A stretch of DNA of 64,000 nt from the human T2T-CHM13v2.0 reference genome, Homo sapiens, in assembly GCF_009914755.1 (NCBI RefSeq), contig NC_060932.1; one strand, 5' to 3'. The position numbers were made by a program, and so were the translations under genes. Of the stretch, positions 11,662 through 26,620 are shown piece after piece (positions within the stretch are counted from its first letter, which is position 1; every line of letters starts with the position of its first letter). The notes beneath the pieces are model-generated. The model worked only from the letters and a program-made list of their open reading frames with translations. It was not told where the DNA came from and ran no database searches.

Positions 11662-13620
11662 GTTGCCCACTTTGCTTCTCAGTGATCTGATATGTCTCTA
11701 AGAAGCTGCAGCTAAATGTCATATCCTCTTCACTCACCCTCAAGATTCAGATGCTTTGGAGATATCTGCTATTGAGAATATATATCTTTCGAGGCCCCAG
11801 AGCAGAAACTCTGAATAAAGGTTAGAATTCTTCAGACCTCTCTAATCCCAGCCCTACCTCCCTTCCCCAGGTGTCAGGATCTGTGACCCTGAGCTCTGCT
11901 ACCATGCTACAAGATTATTCAAAAGCCCATGAATATCTCCCCCTCTTTTCTGTGGTTTACTTTTGACCTGCAACCCCAGAAGCAAAGAAGACATTGAGGT
12001 GCAGAAGGCCATCCATAGCTCAATCTTCTAAGCAGTTTTCTGCAGTAGAACCTATTTTTAGCCACCGCATACCCATTAACATCAGGATCATGTTCGAAAA
12101 CCTCTAAGGCTTCTGAAATTGACCTGCTAACCTGCCATATCTCTCAACAGTCTAAATATTACCATATGTGTATCCCTTCCTGGTTAGACTGAAGCTGCCT
12201 TTTTTATGCCAAAGGACTGAGCTGAGGGAGTAGTAAATGTTACCAAAAATGAGGCTGCCACAAAGATACTTATGGTGGGGGTTTCTCTGAAATGGAATTG
12301 GTAGTGAGTAGCCTCCTTCCTGCAGTACACCAGGCCAAATGACCATCTCTATAATACTGTGCAGAAGAACCATGCCTTGGTGGTAAATTGGATTAGAGGA
12401 CCTCTGAGGCTTCTTATAATGCTCCTGAATCCTGAAAGCCTTTGTATGCAGTTACTCCCACACACAATGCATACACATGAAAAAATACACTTCTACTCAC
12501 AAAATCCAAATCAATTGTTTCTTATAAATTGTGTGTGTTTGAATGTGTGTTGATTTTGTCTCACCAATAACTTGAAATTCATATCTTAGAATATTCTAGC
12601 ATTTTATGAAAGTCGCAAGCTTAAACACTAGTCCTGGCATCACTTATTAATAGCCATGAAGTTGATAAAAGTTTCACTTTACCAAACAGTTTGCCAAAAC
12701 TGTGATGTTTAAGATAAATAGTATTTACAGAGGTGGACACAAATACATCATTCTTACTACAGTAACTTTAAGAGCAACAAACTATATCTAATTTATATTA
12801 AAGTTTCAAAGTATCTAGAAATGTGAGGGTAACATCATAGGCTTGTTAATGTCTGCTAAATTAATAGAATGTAGTTTTCTCAAAAAAGGAAAATAGTTTG
12901 TAAATAAAATTCAAAATAAAAATAATAGAAAAATGACTGTAATAAAAGACATTAATAAAAATAATAAAAATAAAATGAAGCAATGTAACAATGATAATGC
13001 TAAAGATAAAGCAATCAAAATAAATATTTTATTTCCTATATTATTATAAAACTAATATGGCATTTATATCATAGATTAGACTATCAAGAGTTGTAATAAA
13101 GTACCGTTATTTTTAAAGTAATCATAAATAATTAGGTTATTTTGCCAATTACCTAGGTTGTTGGTTATAATAACCCAATAAACTAGGTTATTTCCCCAAT
13201 AACGAGGTTGTTTCCCGAGTGGGGAGATCCAAAGGATCTAAGGATCTAGAGACAACTTTTGTAGGTTAAATAGTGTCTCTCCAAAATTAAAGTCCACTGG
13301 GAACCTCAGAATATGATCTTATTTGTAAATAGTGTCTTGACAGGTATAAATAGTTAAGATGAGATTATGCTGAATTAGAGTGGGCACTAAGTGCAATAAC
13401 TGGTATCCTTAGAAGAAGGTAATGTAAAGACACATGGAGATACATGGAGGGGATGCTATGAAAATGAAGGCAAAGACTGCAGTGATCAATGTACAATCCA
13501 AGGAATATCAAGGATTGCTGGCAACCACCAGAAGCTAGGAGAGAAACAAGAAACGGATTTCCCTTCAGAGCCTCCAGAAAGAACCAACCTGCCAACATGT
13601 TCATTTCCAAATTTGGCCTC

Positions 13621-13930
13621 TGCTATGGACATTTTGTGTTTCTCCAAAAGTCATTTGTTGAATTCCTAACCACCCATGCTTATAGTATTAGGAGGTGGGG
13701 CATTTGGGCGTTAACCAGGTCATGAGGATGGAGCCGTTATGAAGGGAATTAGTGCCTTTATAGAAGGAAACTTAGAAAGCTCTATTGCTCTTTCTCTTGT
13801 GTGAGGATAAAATAAGAAGGCTGCAGTCTGTGACTCAAAAGAGGGCACTCACCAGGAAGTAACCATGTTGGCACCCTACTCAGGGACTTCCAGCCCCCTG
13901 AACTCTGACAGAATAAATTTGTGGTTTGTT
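13621..13930 (+). mobile_element. MLT1A-like MaLR LTR nested in MLT1C
   Basis: New tgctatggac start at 13621, gtattaggaggtggggc, ggacttccagcc...aataaattt; 3' end missing. Confidence 0.85.
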
Positions 13931-13974
13931 TTGTTTTGATTAGGTGATAATTTCACTTTTCTTCATAAAATTAG

Positions 13975-14481
<507 letters not shown>

Positions 14482-15403
14482 AAAAATTTCTGGTATTTTA
14501 AGCCACACAGTTTGAAGCACTTTGTTCAAGAAGTCCTGGGAAACTAATATACACACTAAAAGAAAAAAATAGAATTGGCATTTTGGAAAAATAGTCATTA
14601 AACTAGCAATTTGATAACACGACAAAAACTCTAATTAGTACGCAATATGTATGTCAGAATTTGAATTTTCTAATATAGACAGAACTGTACAGTGTTATAT
14701 TTTCAATTACATAAACACTTGTCATTGAAGAAGAGTCCATTATCTCTCCTGTGTTTGAGCTTGTCATTTATTTTTATGCATTATCATCTTCATCATCAAA
14801 TTTGCACTGTTATCATTATCATTGTATCCATTATAATCATCTTCAACAAAACTATAAACAAATATCGAACTATTTAAGCACTTCATTTAGTTTAGCATAA
14901 TTTTAGATGTATGATCCCTGTCATAAAGGACATAAAGAGCAACCAAATATTGAATACACACACAAATAACAGAGAGTGCACTTTTCTTTCTTAAACCCAT
15001 TTGTAGCAAACATCATTACAAAGAAATGTTCTTCTTAACCAAGTTATTTCTACCATAGGCAGATGGCCAATATTGAGTGAACTACAATAATGTGATTGCA
15101 TCGAATCCTCTACAATGAATCAAATTACAGTGTGGATAATTCCTGTGGTCTCAATCCCAGAAACAGCCATTATCAAAACAAAATATAAGTGTAATTTGCA
15201 TTACCAGAGTGAGTCAAGTGAGTCCAAGCCCAAAAAGTTTGAGACCAAAGAAATTGAAACAGAGATATTATTTTTCTAATTTCTCTATTACCCATTTTCA
15301 ATTTATATATATTCTAAATCTCAAATATTGTCATCCCCTTCCCCTAAGGCCTCTTACAACTTTAAACCACTCATTGAAACTAAATGTTCAGGATTTTGCC
15401 GAC

Positions 15404-15436
<33 letters not shown>
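15404..15436. repeat. (GA)n microsatellite
   Basis: Direct observation. Confidence 0.95.
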
Positions 15437-16627
15437 AACTTGGCAGTGAAAGAAGGGAAAAATAAGAGAAGATGGAAGAAGAGTGAGACGGAAAGTGTGA
15501 CAAGAAAAGCATTAAATTATTTTTCCAGTTTATTGCATAGGGATATAAAGATGACAGTAAACATTTCCCTTTTTCCTCTGCTGAGTTCAAAGTATTTTTT
15601 TTTCTCACTAATGAATTAGAAAAACTGGGCATCAATTCAAATTTTTCTCAAATTCTGCTGACTGGAAATTTGATATCAAATAAAATATTCATTATAAGAT
15701 AAGCCTATAACAACACAACAGAGTCGAAGTACTGCATTTCATCATAATGGAATTTTACCTCTATCAGTCTCCTCAACATTTTAGTGGATTATAGAAGTAT
15801 TTGAAATTCAGAGAATTTTTGTTTAAAATTATGTGATGATGACACATTTGTACCAGTCAGTAAGCACTTATTGTATTTATAAAATAAATAAACTGCATTA
15901 CCATTATAATGTAATTGCCATAAATTATTTTTAATGTGAAACATGTAATTCTGTAGTCTAATCTAAAATAGTGTTTATTAGTGACTTAGTGTAAGGAGTG
16001 ATGTTCATAATTTAGCTTTTTTTTAAGATAAGAAATGGGACATTTTCAGAACAAGTGATGCATAGAAAGCCCATTGAAGCATAAATTTTTGTCAGAAATT
16101 TACATTTCCAAAATTATTCTTAGGAGATTTTTTTCTTCCCAGGATATCTGAGCAGGTCAAGACTATTCACATTCTGGGATGGGAGACCTAAAGAGTCCTT
16201 TAGGACTCTTGAAACCTATTCGAGAATTGGGTGATGTTCTAGACTTCCTTGAAGTTCTGCTAAGACAGCAATGTTTAGAAATAAGGTCCCATCACAAATT
16301 CCGTTTCTCATGATGTATGTTTGATAGGCATGGTCTTTCCTGTTTTTGTGAGAACAGAGGTCTTTCACAAAAGCTTAGGCAGTGTAAGTGTTCTGTTTCT
16401 TACAAAATGTGCAGTTTATTTTTTCTTAAAGTAGATACACTAGAATCTTGATGTGATTTTGTAAAAATTATCATCAAAAGTTATAATTTTTATTTCTATT
16501 TTTATCTAGAAGCGAGGTGGCATTAAATACAGAGTGAGAGGAAGCTTTAAGCTAAAAAGAATTGCATAAGGGTCTCCTACCAGAATTAGAAACATATATT
16601 TTAGCCCCAACCTAAGAGAACACCCTA

Positions 16628-16840
16628 ATAATAATAATAGCCATGTCTAATAAAGTAACCTTAGAGGTAATAGTACATTTTTAAATCTATTTTTGTTTAA
16701 TCAGCATAGTGCCACTATTGACATAGGCATCGTAATCCGTATTTTACTTGTGAGAAAACTGGCTTAAGGTCTCCTATCCAAATAAACAAAACTCATCATC
16801 TGGAATTAGAAATTCTCAGTCTAAGTACTTTGCTACATCC
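16628..16840 (-). mobile_element. MIR
   Basis: Core motif attttacttgtgagaaaactg preceded by ataataatagc. Confidence 0.55.
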
Positions 16841-16942
16841 AAAAAAAATTTAAAAAGTCCATGGTACTAACATGAATTGCCTGTCCTAGTGCAGACCCTG
16901 AACATTGAATATTCAAAAAATGATTTGCCAATTTTAAGCCAT

Positions 16943-17375
16943 AAAATGCATTATTACTAACTGGTCATGATGCTGTCCAAGAAATCACTAAACTTATTCT
17001 TGCAGTCTAACTGGGACTTTGTACCCTTTGATCAACATCTTCCCTTTCTCCATCCCTCCTTCTCCTACCCAGCCTCTGGTAACCACCTTTCAATTCTGTT
17101 TTTATGAGATTGACTTTTGTACGTTATACATAAAAGTGAGGTCATACAGTATTTCTCATTGGTGCCTAGCTTATTTAACTTGGCATTATATTTCAAAATC
17201 GCTAAAATAATAGATTTTTAATGTTCTCACCACAAAAATAAGTTGGTGAGATGGTGGATATGTTAATTAGCTTGACTGGATCTTTTTACAACGTAACACA
17301 TAGATCAAAACATCACATTGTACCCCATAAATATACGCAATTAGTACTTGTCTATTAAAATGAGCTAAGTAAATA
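16943..17375 (+). mobile_element. L1MA 3' end with 5' inversion
   Basis: 16943-17188 is antisense L1MA 3' UTR; ~17189-17375 is the sense continuation ending in an A-rich tail. Confidence 0.88.
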
Positions 17376-17501
17376 AACTACTGTCTAGTAAGGAGAGCAA
17401 ATATCTGACAGTACAGTGAAATAAGCATATAATGCAAACAAAAGTCTTATCAGAGCACAAAGGAGAGATGTTAAATCCAAACCAGAAGCTCCCCAGAGAG
17501 A

Positions 17502-17903
17502 ATGCAATTGGCTGAGGATTTGCATTCCCTAAAAATTTCTGTGGTGAAATCTTAACCCCGCAAGGTGATGGTATTAGAAGGTGAGGACTTGGGGAGGTAA
17601 TTAAGTCATGAGGGTGGATTCCTCATGAAAGGGACTAGCACTCTTATAAAAGGGACTCTGAAGTATTCTTTTGTTCTCCTGCCACCATAAGAGAACACAA
17701 CAAGAAGTAGGCAGTCTACAAACCAGGAAGGAAGCCCCTACCACACCCTGACTATATTCACACTTAGATCTTGGACTTCCAGACCCAAAGCTGTGAGAAA
17801 TATATTTCTGTTTATTAAAAAAAAAAAAAATGACCTGCCGTTATGGTGTGATTTCCGAAAAAAAATCCTTTTGTGGTTCTGTTCTTTTATCAGACTGAAA
17901 ACA
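17502..17903 (+). mobile_element. MLT1A-like MaLR solo LTR
   Basis: gtgatggtattagaaggtgagg, gtcatgagggtgga, gatcttggacttccag...ctgtgagaaata. Confidence 0.85.
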
Positions 17904-18353
17904 ACTGTCACTGATCTTGCAATTGCTCAGATATTTAAAAGCAAGGTCATTAACGTGAAATTTTGCATTACTGTAAAGCTCTTTGGACAAACCTATCTCA
18001 AAATCTTATTTCTTCTCCTTTCGTGCCCTGGTATTATCTGTGTAAATACTGTATCTGCTTGTCTAATTAGAGAAGTGCCCTGAAAGCACAGCCTATTTTA
18101 TTTCTTTTGTATTCCTGCATCAATGCCTAGACTAATACACATTTTTAAGAAGTCTTCTGAGAATAGTAAGGGGACTTTATAGAGGGGGCTGCTCCCTTTT
18201 CTAATAAGTCTTCACATTTTGAGTAATAAAAGCATATATTTTTGCACAAGATTTTGGTGGTGGTTCCTTGGGCAACAATCGGGGGTTTTTCTAACAAAGG
18301 AGATCTCTTTCTAGTGGGCATAGAGGCAAACACATTACTCATCATGAAGACAG

Positions 18354-18575
18354 ATAACTAATATATATTGAGCACTTCTAGAAGGCAGAAATATGATAGG
18401 CAAACTTAACCCTCACAGCAATCCTAAAGTGTATTTTCTTACCTCCATTTTGTGTATGAACATAACAGAGTTAATAAGGTTTGTGAAACTCTTCCAAAGT
18501 ACTCCCCTTTTAAGTAGCAGAGACAAGACTAGAAACTAATATTTTTTATTTCAAGTATCTGCTTTCATCCATTAT
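18354..18575 (-). mobile_element. MIR
   Basis: tattgagcactt, ttaaccctcacagcaatcct, ctccattttg, taagtagcagag. Confidence 0.6.
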
Positions 18576-20462
18576 AGTAAGGTACATGAAGTGGTCTTCA
18601 GACCAGAGGCTTCTGGCTTCCATGATTATCGTTTATAGTTTGAAAGTCAGATCAGTCTCTTGAAAGCGGCCATGTCTTTGCAGCAATAGGGATTTGTACA
18701 AGGGAGCATGAGCAGCAGTGAAAGTGATGAGTTATCAGATAAATCTGTAGCAAGCTGACTGAAAAATGGGAGTGAAGGTTGAGAGGGCTTCTACTGAGCA
18801 GACAATGGAGGACTTGCCCTCCAGGCAGAGATAATGCCATGAGTAAGGGCTTAGAACTTTCAAGTGTGTGTTGTGATGAAGCAAAACAAAACAAGCAAAC
18901 AAAAAATAAAACACAAATTTCTCTGAGTGGTGACAAAAGGAAAGTTTCAGAAAATGAACAAGGTCCAAGGAGTATGCTTCTGTTTCAGAAGGGGGAATGT
19001 ATATTTGAGGAATTAAAGAAATGAAGAAGTGAAAGAGATGGAATACATTCTGGAGATGCTTTTATTGTATGGGGCTAGGAATTTAGCAGTGGCTTTATAG
19101 AAAAAGTGTCACATTACTTGTATACAATAAGATGAATAATATGTTAACAGTTAAAATGATTAAATTCTAAGTGTTAATAGATTTCTTTAGATGATTTTTC
19201 TCAGAATTTTGTAAGTTTAAATGCATGGTGCAAGTTTAACAACTGTACAGAAATAGATTTTGCTTTTGTAATTATATAAGTTTTGAAAACGAAGGTTATA
19301 GCACAGAAATGTATATAAACTAATTAACAGCTCACCATCTAGAATGAACAAATATTCATTTGGCTTTTAAATTTTATACTTTTTTTTTAACACAAGAAAA
19401 AATACTACAGATAAGCTCATTGTTCCTTTTCTCTATTCTTTCATACCATTTCTCCTCAGTCCTTAGAGGCAGCTTTGGAACTAATATCATTATCACTGGA
19501 TGTGTCTGGGTTTTTTTTTTTTTTTTTTTGTCTTTTTTAAAATTTATAATACTATTACACATATGCATTAATACACAAAATATATTGTTGTTTTGTTACC
19601 TTAAAAATATGCGATAAACACAGGATATTTACTTCTTCCCCTTTCATCTCTTTTCTACCAAATGCCTTTAAATCATAAACCCTCTTTTGACTTTTTTTGG
19701 AATAAAGAAAACTAGGGACAAGAAGATTTTCTGGCAATAAAGATACTTCCTTTAATTAAGGATTAAGAGAAAAAATCTCAGAAAGTACAGTGTGAAAGAA
19801 AAATGTTCTATATTTACAATGATATGAGTCAAAAATATTTAGCCAACAACCAATCTTATGTAAGTTAGATAAAGACCAAATTATGATATTTCCATGTTAA
19901 GTTAGGGTGAATCTAAAACATAATATGTAGATTAAGGTCAAACCAAAATAAGATTATTCTTTTTCAAGTCTACCGAATGAGTTAATTTATTAAAATATAT
20001 TAATATGAGCTTTATAAACACCTGAAATCACATTTTTTTGAATTTAGAAAACACACATATCTTTAAGTGAAGTGCCTGATGGCCGTGGGTATATACTGTA
20101 GTTAGCAAGAGGATTAAATTCAGAAATGTTTTTATAACCTGGGTATGACCTATTCATATTAATAGTCTCTTGTTCAAAACAAGCCCTTTAATTTTTTCAT
20201 CATTCCCTCAAAGGAGTTTTATATTGTTGTTTAAACCCTTAAGTAAATAGTTTGAGGAGAATTCAGAATGTGAATAAAATTCCCAGAGCTCAAGATATCT
20301 GAGCTATTAATTTAACAACTTGGAGATGCAATTCAACAAACCATGTGTGAATACCCATGTGTTCTGACATATTGAAACAGCATTTTCAATTAATTAAGGA
20401 ATTATTAATTAACCCCCATTAGTACAGCTTATGGTATGTCTTTCAGGAATAAATCTCAGTGG

Positions 20463-20620
20463 AATTAATTTACTCCACAAATGTTTATTGGGTGCTTCCT
20501 AAGTTCTGGTCACTATTCAAGGTTTCGATGATACTACAAAAGTAATAATAATAAAAACAAAAGCAATGATAATAAACACATTTCTGTCCTTGTGGAGGTC
20601 TAAATAAAAAGACAGAAGAA
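20463..20620 (-). mobile_element. L2 3' end
   Basis: caaatgtttattgggtgcttcct...tctgtccttgtggag. Confidence 0.55.
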
Positions 20621-20991
20621 CAAAAAATTAAACAAACCCTTTACAAAATATTGCATAGTATATTCTTAATTGGAATATATGAACTTCTCAACCAATTCTT
20701 TACTCTCTCACTCTAGGTTTCTTTTGTTTCATGTATGAGAAAATGTTTTCAACATTTTAAATTGTATTCTTCTTCATCTCTCTCTGCTATTTTGAGCTTA
20801 TTATGTGTTTTTGTGAACAAATATTTTCATACTTTCATAAAGATTAATTAATTCACTCAAATTCCATGGGTATATACTGTAGCCAAAATGTGATGTTGAA
20901 TAGTTGGAAAGAAAGTATATCTATAATGTTTCAAATGATATGAATAAGTCATTGACATAAGATCATCATTAACATAATATAAGTTTTATGG

Positions 20992-21257
20992 CAATATTTT
21001 CCAGTGTATTTTTTTCAGAACACTATTTTTGTTAAATCCTCCTCCAAAAAAATTTCTCAAGAAAATGCTGCTCAAAATACCACTCTATAAGAAAGGTTAT
21101 AATGCACAATGGTAAATTAAATCTTTAAAGTAATCATGTAAAAAATGTACAGTTTTACACTAGTATTTTTTAAATATCTTACCCTAGGGTATTTTACCCC
21201 CTTATTAGCAATTAATTTCCTAGGGAACCATTACACAAGATAACATTTTGCTGCTGC
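20992..21257. mobile_element. Ancient hAT-Charlie MITE (MER103/112/113 group)
   Basis: Degenerate match (cagaacacta, aatgcaca..ggtaaattaaa); highly diverged. Confidence 0.35.
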
Positions 21258-21729
21258 TTTATAGTAAACCCAACTTTGGGATCATTAGGGCTTTAATGAT
21301 GAATGTTATTTCCATGGACACTACTAATTCCCCACAATATCCATTTTTGCCATTTTAAAAAGAAAAGAAATTGTGTGTTTTGTTGAGGAGCATCATTGCT
21401 CAGCTAGAGACTATTATTTTTGTTTAAAGACACATTTGCTTATTTTTGCCTTCTCTTTTGTGTCCTTCTGTTTGTGAAGTGGTAAAATGAATACCTACCT
21501 TAGGTTCAGTGAGCATGAGAGAATTGTGCAGCTAAATAAATGGGTTCCATTGACAACCTTATAGAAGAGAGAAGTAAACATCAATGTTCTTTGAACCATT
21601 GTATCTTTGTGTGTCCTTGTTATAGAGATTAATATTTATTCTAAATATTACAGGAATAATCTTTTGTTTTATGTTTCAGCTAGTTTTATTTTTTTCACTT
21701 CAACATTAAGCTCAACCTTTCATGCCCAT

Positions 21730-21820
21730 ATGGTGTAGATTGCTTAAAAAATCAGCTACAATTATTTTCCTTCCTATGTTCACACTCCCTTGCAATGTGA
21801 CTTTGAAATTATTCCCATAA
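21730..21820 (+). mobile_element. MLT1F/G 5' fragment
   Basis: gtagattgcttaaaaa...cacactcccttgcaatgtgactttg. Confidence 0.5.
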
Positions 21821-22690
21821 ATGTCTTAATGCAGCTATATTTTGCTCTTTGACATTAAAATTACCTTTTAAATAAAAGTACATGTGGATGAATAAAACAT
21901 CATCTTTATTCTTCATGCAATCATGTAACTTTAAATAAATTGTTGAAATTAGGATTTAAACAATACTATTCCTATATGCCATATACAAATAGCAGCATCC
22001 ATGTACAAATATCTTTGTGAACATAAGGTTTCATTTCACTGGGATAAATGCCCAAGAGTTCAACTTTGGGTCATGTAGTAAGTTCAGTTTTAGATTTTTT
22101 GTAAACAGCCAAGCTCTTTTCCAGTGTGGCTATAATACATTCCTGTCAGTTATGTATGAGTTATCAAGTTTCTCTACATTCTTGCCATCATTTAAGTTTT
22201 TGTTGTATTTTAACCATTCTGATATGTGTGCTTTTAATTTGCATTTGATTGTGGTTTTAGCTGGAATTTCTATAATGACTGAAAATGTTGAGTATCTTTT
22301 CATATTCTTATTTGTCATCTCTGTAGTGTCTTCAGTGGATTGTATTTTTATGTCTTTTTCTCATTTTCTTATTGTATTATTGTTGTCGTCATTTAATTTG
22401 AGATTTAAGAGTTATTTAGGGGTTTGGATCATAACCGTAAAAGACACAGTCTCAAATGCCATCATTCTAAGTGTTAAATTTCTGACAAATCAATATCCCT
22501 AAAGATCAAAATTCCGAATCTCTAAAACACCATAAATCACAATCCTGAAATATTAAAATCCCAAATGTTGAAGTCCAAAAAGCCGAATTTTGGGAAAGGA
22601 ATTACTGCATTTTCAGTTGTATGCGGGATGGTTACATCATGTTAATTGCATCATTTTTGGTGGAACTATTACCTTGCTGTTGCCTTTATT

Positions 22691-23150
22691 TGCATTTGGC
22701 AGAAAACTTAGATGAGTGAGTTGGCCATGTGATATGGCAATGACAAAAACTTCACTTTAAAAAATACATCATTTGCGGACATTGGCATTACTTCCAGCTG
22801 ATGACATTCAGGATCTTTTAATGAATTAAAGCCTCATTTGCCTGAAGAATCCAGCAAAATGACTGACTAGTTTGAAAGTAATTATGTTTATGGTAGGATA
22901 CGAAAACATGCCATGATACTGCTGTTCAATCACCAGTATTGGTTCCACCAAATATGTGGCCTGAATATGAATGCACATGGAATGGATTTCTAGGTACACA
23001 AAACATCATAGGAGCATGGCACAGAAGATGAGAAAATTTAAAAAGGAATGCTCGTGTTGGTCGATGTCAAATTATAGAAGAATATCAAAAAGAGCAGTGC
23101 CATGTAGAAAATAAACGTGGACATAAACTATAAAGAGAGCCATGTCCTAA
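22691..23150 (+). pseudogene. MULE transposase C-terminal remnant
   Basis: Manual translation across stops and frameshifts: CIWQK..LALLPADDI..FNELKPHLPEE..FESNYVYGR..PPNMW..GTQNIIGAWHRR..IIEEYQKEQ. Confidence 0.75.
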
Positions 23151-24043
23151 ATGTTCTTAGAGCTATTTAGCATGACACAAAGCTTCAACATACAGTAAAT
23201 GATTGTGAAAATACGTCAGCTTTTATGTTCTATCTTTGCACAATGGCCTGTAATCAATCCCTGCAGTACACTTTTTTATATTTTGATTTGTAATTGATTA
23301 ATTTTTTTACTATTATAAATTGTCAGGATTATATTTTACAATATACGATTCTAGGTATTTTTATCTTCACATTATTTCTAATATGAGAAGTACAAACTGT
23401 GGAGAGACTTTTAGAAAGTTCTAATTTGTTTTATGCATTTTTGCAAACTTAGCTCCAGGAAATTGCATTATCATAACATTGACTTTTTGTGTAAATACTG
23501 CACATGTACGTAAAAAGACTCAAACTTCTTCAATATATAAAGTGATGTCTATTTTGTTTATCTGGACTAGTGAAAGATGAAATCTCTCGAGATCTTGGCT
23601 TTTGGGGTGACTGCCTATGTGGTGGTGACCCACTGCAGTTTTTTATTGATCTCATCAAAAGGCTTAGGCTTTCATCACAGTATTTGAGATAGCCACAGTT
23701 TTAAAGCTGGGTACACACAATTAACAACCATAGTGAGGTCCATTTATACCATTCTCCTTTTGACCTATTTCTTTATGAATATGTTTAGTTTGCTTGTAAC
23801 TGAGCTATCATACCCATATGACTTTCATTAGTATACCTGAGTGCTTATGATTGCCAAAAATATGTATAATTGCCTATTTTATCATGTAAAGTGGCCTAAG
23901 AAGCACTCTGTTGTTTTATGTTTTGCAAATAAATTATCTTTTAAAAATGTAAATAAATATATTTTAAAGAACTTGTAATTATTTTTCCCAGTTTGTATTT
24001 TTAGGAATTTCATCTTTTATGATTGTGATTTTCAGGATTTTAG

Positions 24044-24488
<445 letters not shown>

Positions 24489-26219
24489 TGATAGATACGT
24501 AGATCAATGAAACAGATATAGACTCACACAAATGTGTCTCCTTGAAAAAGGTGCAAAAGAAATTTAATGAAAGAGGGTTAGATTTTTCTACAAATTATGC
24601 TGGAGTACCTTGACCTAAACTTCACATTTTACAAAAATTAACTCAAAGTGTTTCATAAACTGAAATATATATGTAAACCTACATAACTTTTAGAAAATAA
24701 AAGCATGGAAGAAAAATTTCAGAACTTAGGAGTAGACAAAGTTCTGATTTGACATTAAAAACATGGTTCATGCAACTATAAATTTATAAATCTAACCTAC
24801 TATAAAATTTTCTCTGTGAAAATTCTTGTTAGGAGAATGAATGGAGAAATAAGAGACTGGGAGAAAAATGTTGCAAATAATTCTAAGATTTTTAAGGGCA
24901 GGAATTATGTTTAGGTCTTTTCCTCACCGTCTGTCTACAAAAAGTACCTAAGTATACATAGCACACAGTAAACTTGAGTATACCTGTTGAGAGAAAACTT
25001 GCAAGTTGACTCACAGAAATATTCTCTTTCTACTTCAGTGTCAAGGAGGGCAAGTTATTGTGGAATGCAAAGAGAAAAGTTCAATTTGGTATTACATAAT
25101 TCATGAAAGATAATGCAGAACATTTTAAGCGCACTGATTTTCTGTGGGTCTTTTTAACACAATGTTTCTGTGAAAACGATGTGCATTGTTTACCATGAAT
25201 GGGTCATAGTCTAATGTCCTTGTTGACAAGTGCGATTGATTGTCATGAAACTATTCTTGATGGGGCTCAGTCTCCTTGCTTTGCAGAATATGAGTGTCCT
25301 ACCGCAGGATTGCTCCAAGTCAACAGGAAAAAAGTACCAATCTCCCTGAAAAGTCCTTTTAGGTATAGCCTGGCTATCAGATGTCAATACAGCTGACAAA
25401 GTGGCCAGCAAACTGCAAGTACTAGATATAACACAGTGATTATAAAAATTTACGGCTGTCCGCTAAAATGAGAATGTCTCCCATGGGTGTGAAAGTAAAA
25501 TGTGAGGATTAGCTGATAAAGCATTCTGTTCTGGCTTTTTCTTTCATGAACTAAGATTACAGAGATGTGAAAATGTCATCCACAAGGTTTAACAAAATGT
25601 TCACCAAGATTTAGGGCACAAGATTGAATTTTTCAAAAATATCTTCCTTGTACAAGACAAAAATTTTAAACTACTTAGGATGAAGTTGTTAATTGGCAAG
25701 ATAAACTCAGAAACTATTTAAATGCTCTTTTATTAGCATCCTACATTTTAAACAAAAATTCATATTTCAAAGTAAATATTAAGTGTGGTATAAGTATTTC
25801 TGTAATGTTAAGGATACTCCTAATTTAAAATAAGAGTAGGGCCATCATCTTATGAATCATGTCTAGAGAAATTTAGAGCTTTTGAGAAAAGTCAGGCTAT
25901 CACTAAATTTTGACCTAATACTTGCATTCCTTTAAAATAAAATTTTATTTTCAGTCAATGTATTCATATTATTATTTGGAGACATGTCTTTGTCAAATAA
26001 TATTTATGGATTCAATACTTCGTTATTAGAATTTTGCCTGAATATAGAGAAACTCCTGTTTAAATAGAGAAGTGGCTAATTCAGCATGCTATGTGGATCA
26101 ACAGAACATATAAAAACTTCCTAGAGGTGAAAAAGACAGATAAGGAATGAATAAGAGACACATAAAATATGTTCCCTGTAATTCAAAAATTTTTCTCTTA
26201 CTTCATCCTAGTACTACAT

Positions 26220-26620
26220 TCATGAAATCAAGCTATCTTCCCAGTACCCAACTTTCTAATCCAACTATTATCTCTAATTCAACACTGTATTATCTCTCTT
26301 GATGTGTGCTGCCTAGATTTCTCTATTCTCTTGATTCCACTTACATTACTAGGGAAACTTCTCTAAAGCACAGTTCTGATCACAGTATTTACACACTCAC
26401 AAATGTCTGTTATTCATTTTTGACTTTCGAGTTAAGCCATACCAATTTCACATGGTATTCAAAGTCAGTTGTTGGCTATTTGGCTCCAATTTACCACTGC
26501 GGGAGTATTTCTCACTCTTTCTCCTCACTTATCCAAGTTAATGAGATAAACCATGTATCGTGCCCACTCTTATTGCATCCTCTTTTCGCTGAAATTTTCC
26601 TGCTGCAATGCATCATTTCA
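26220..26620 (+). mobile_element. L2 fragment
   Basis: ttctctaaagcacagttctgatcacagt, catggtattcaaag, tggctcca motifs. Confidence 0.5.

Noticed and set aside
18263-18276. RFX X-box-like gttccttgggcaac
   Set aside because: Only one half-site matches well and the motif is isolated.
22017-22502. 161-aa hydrophobic ORF resembling a membrane protein
   Set aside because: It is the T-rich antisense strand of L1 ORF2 running into the Ricksha terminus.
22420-22600. Regularly spaced short repeats that could suggest a CRISPR-like array
   Set aside because: They are degenerate Ricksha subterminal repeats mirrored at the other end, with no unique spacers or cas genes, in a eukaryotic context.
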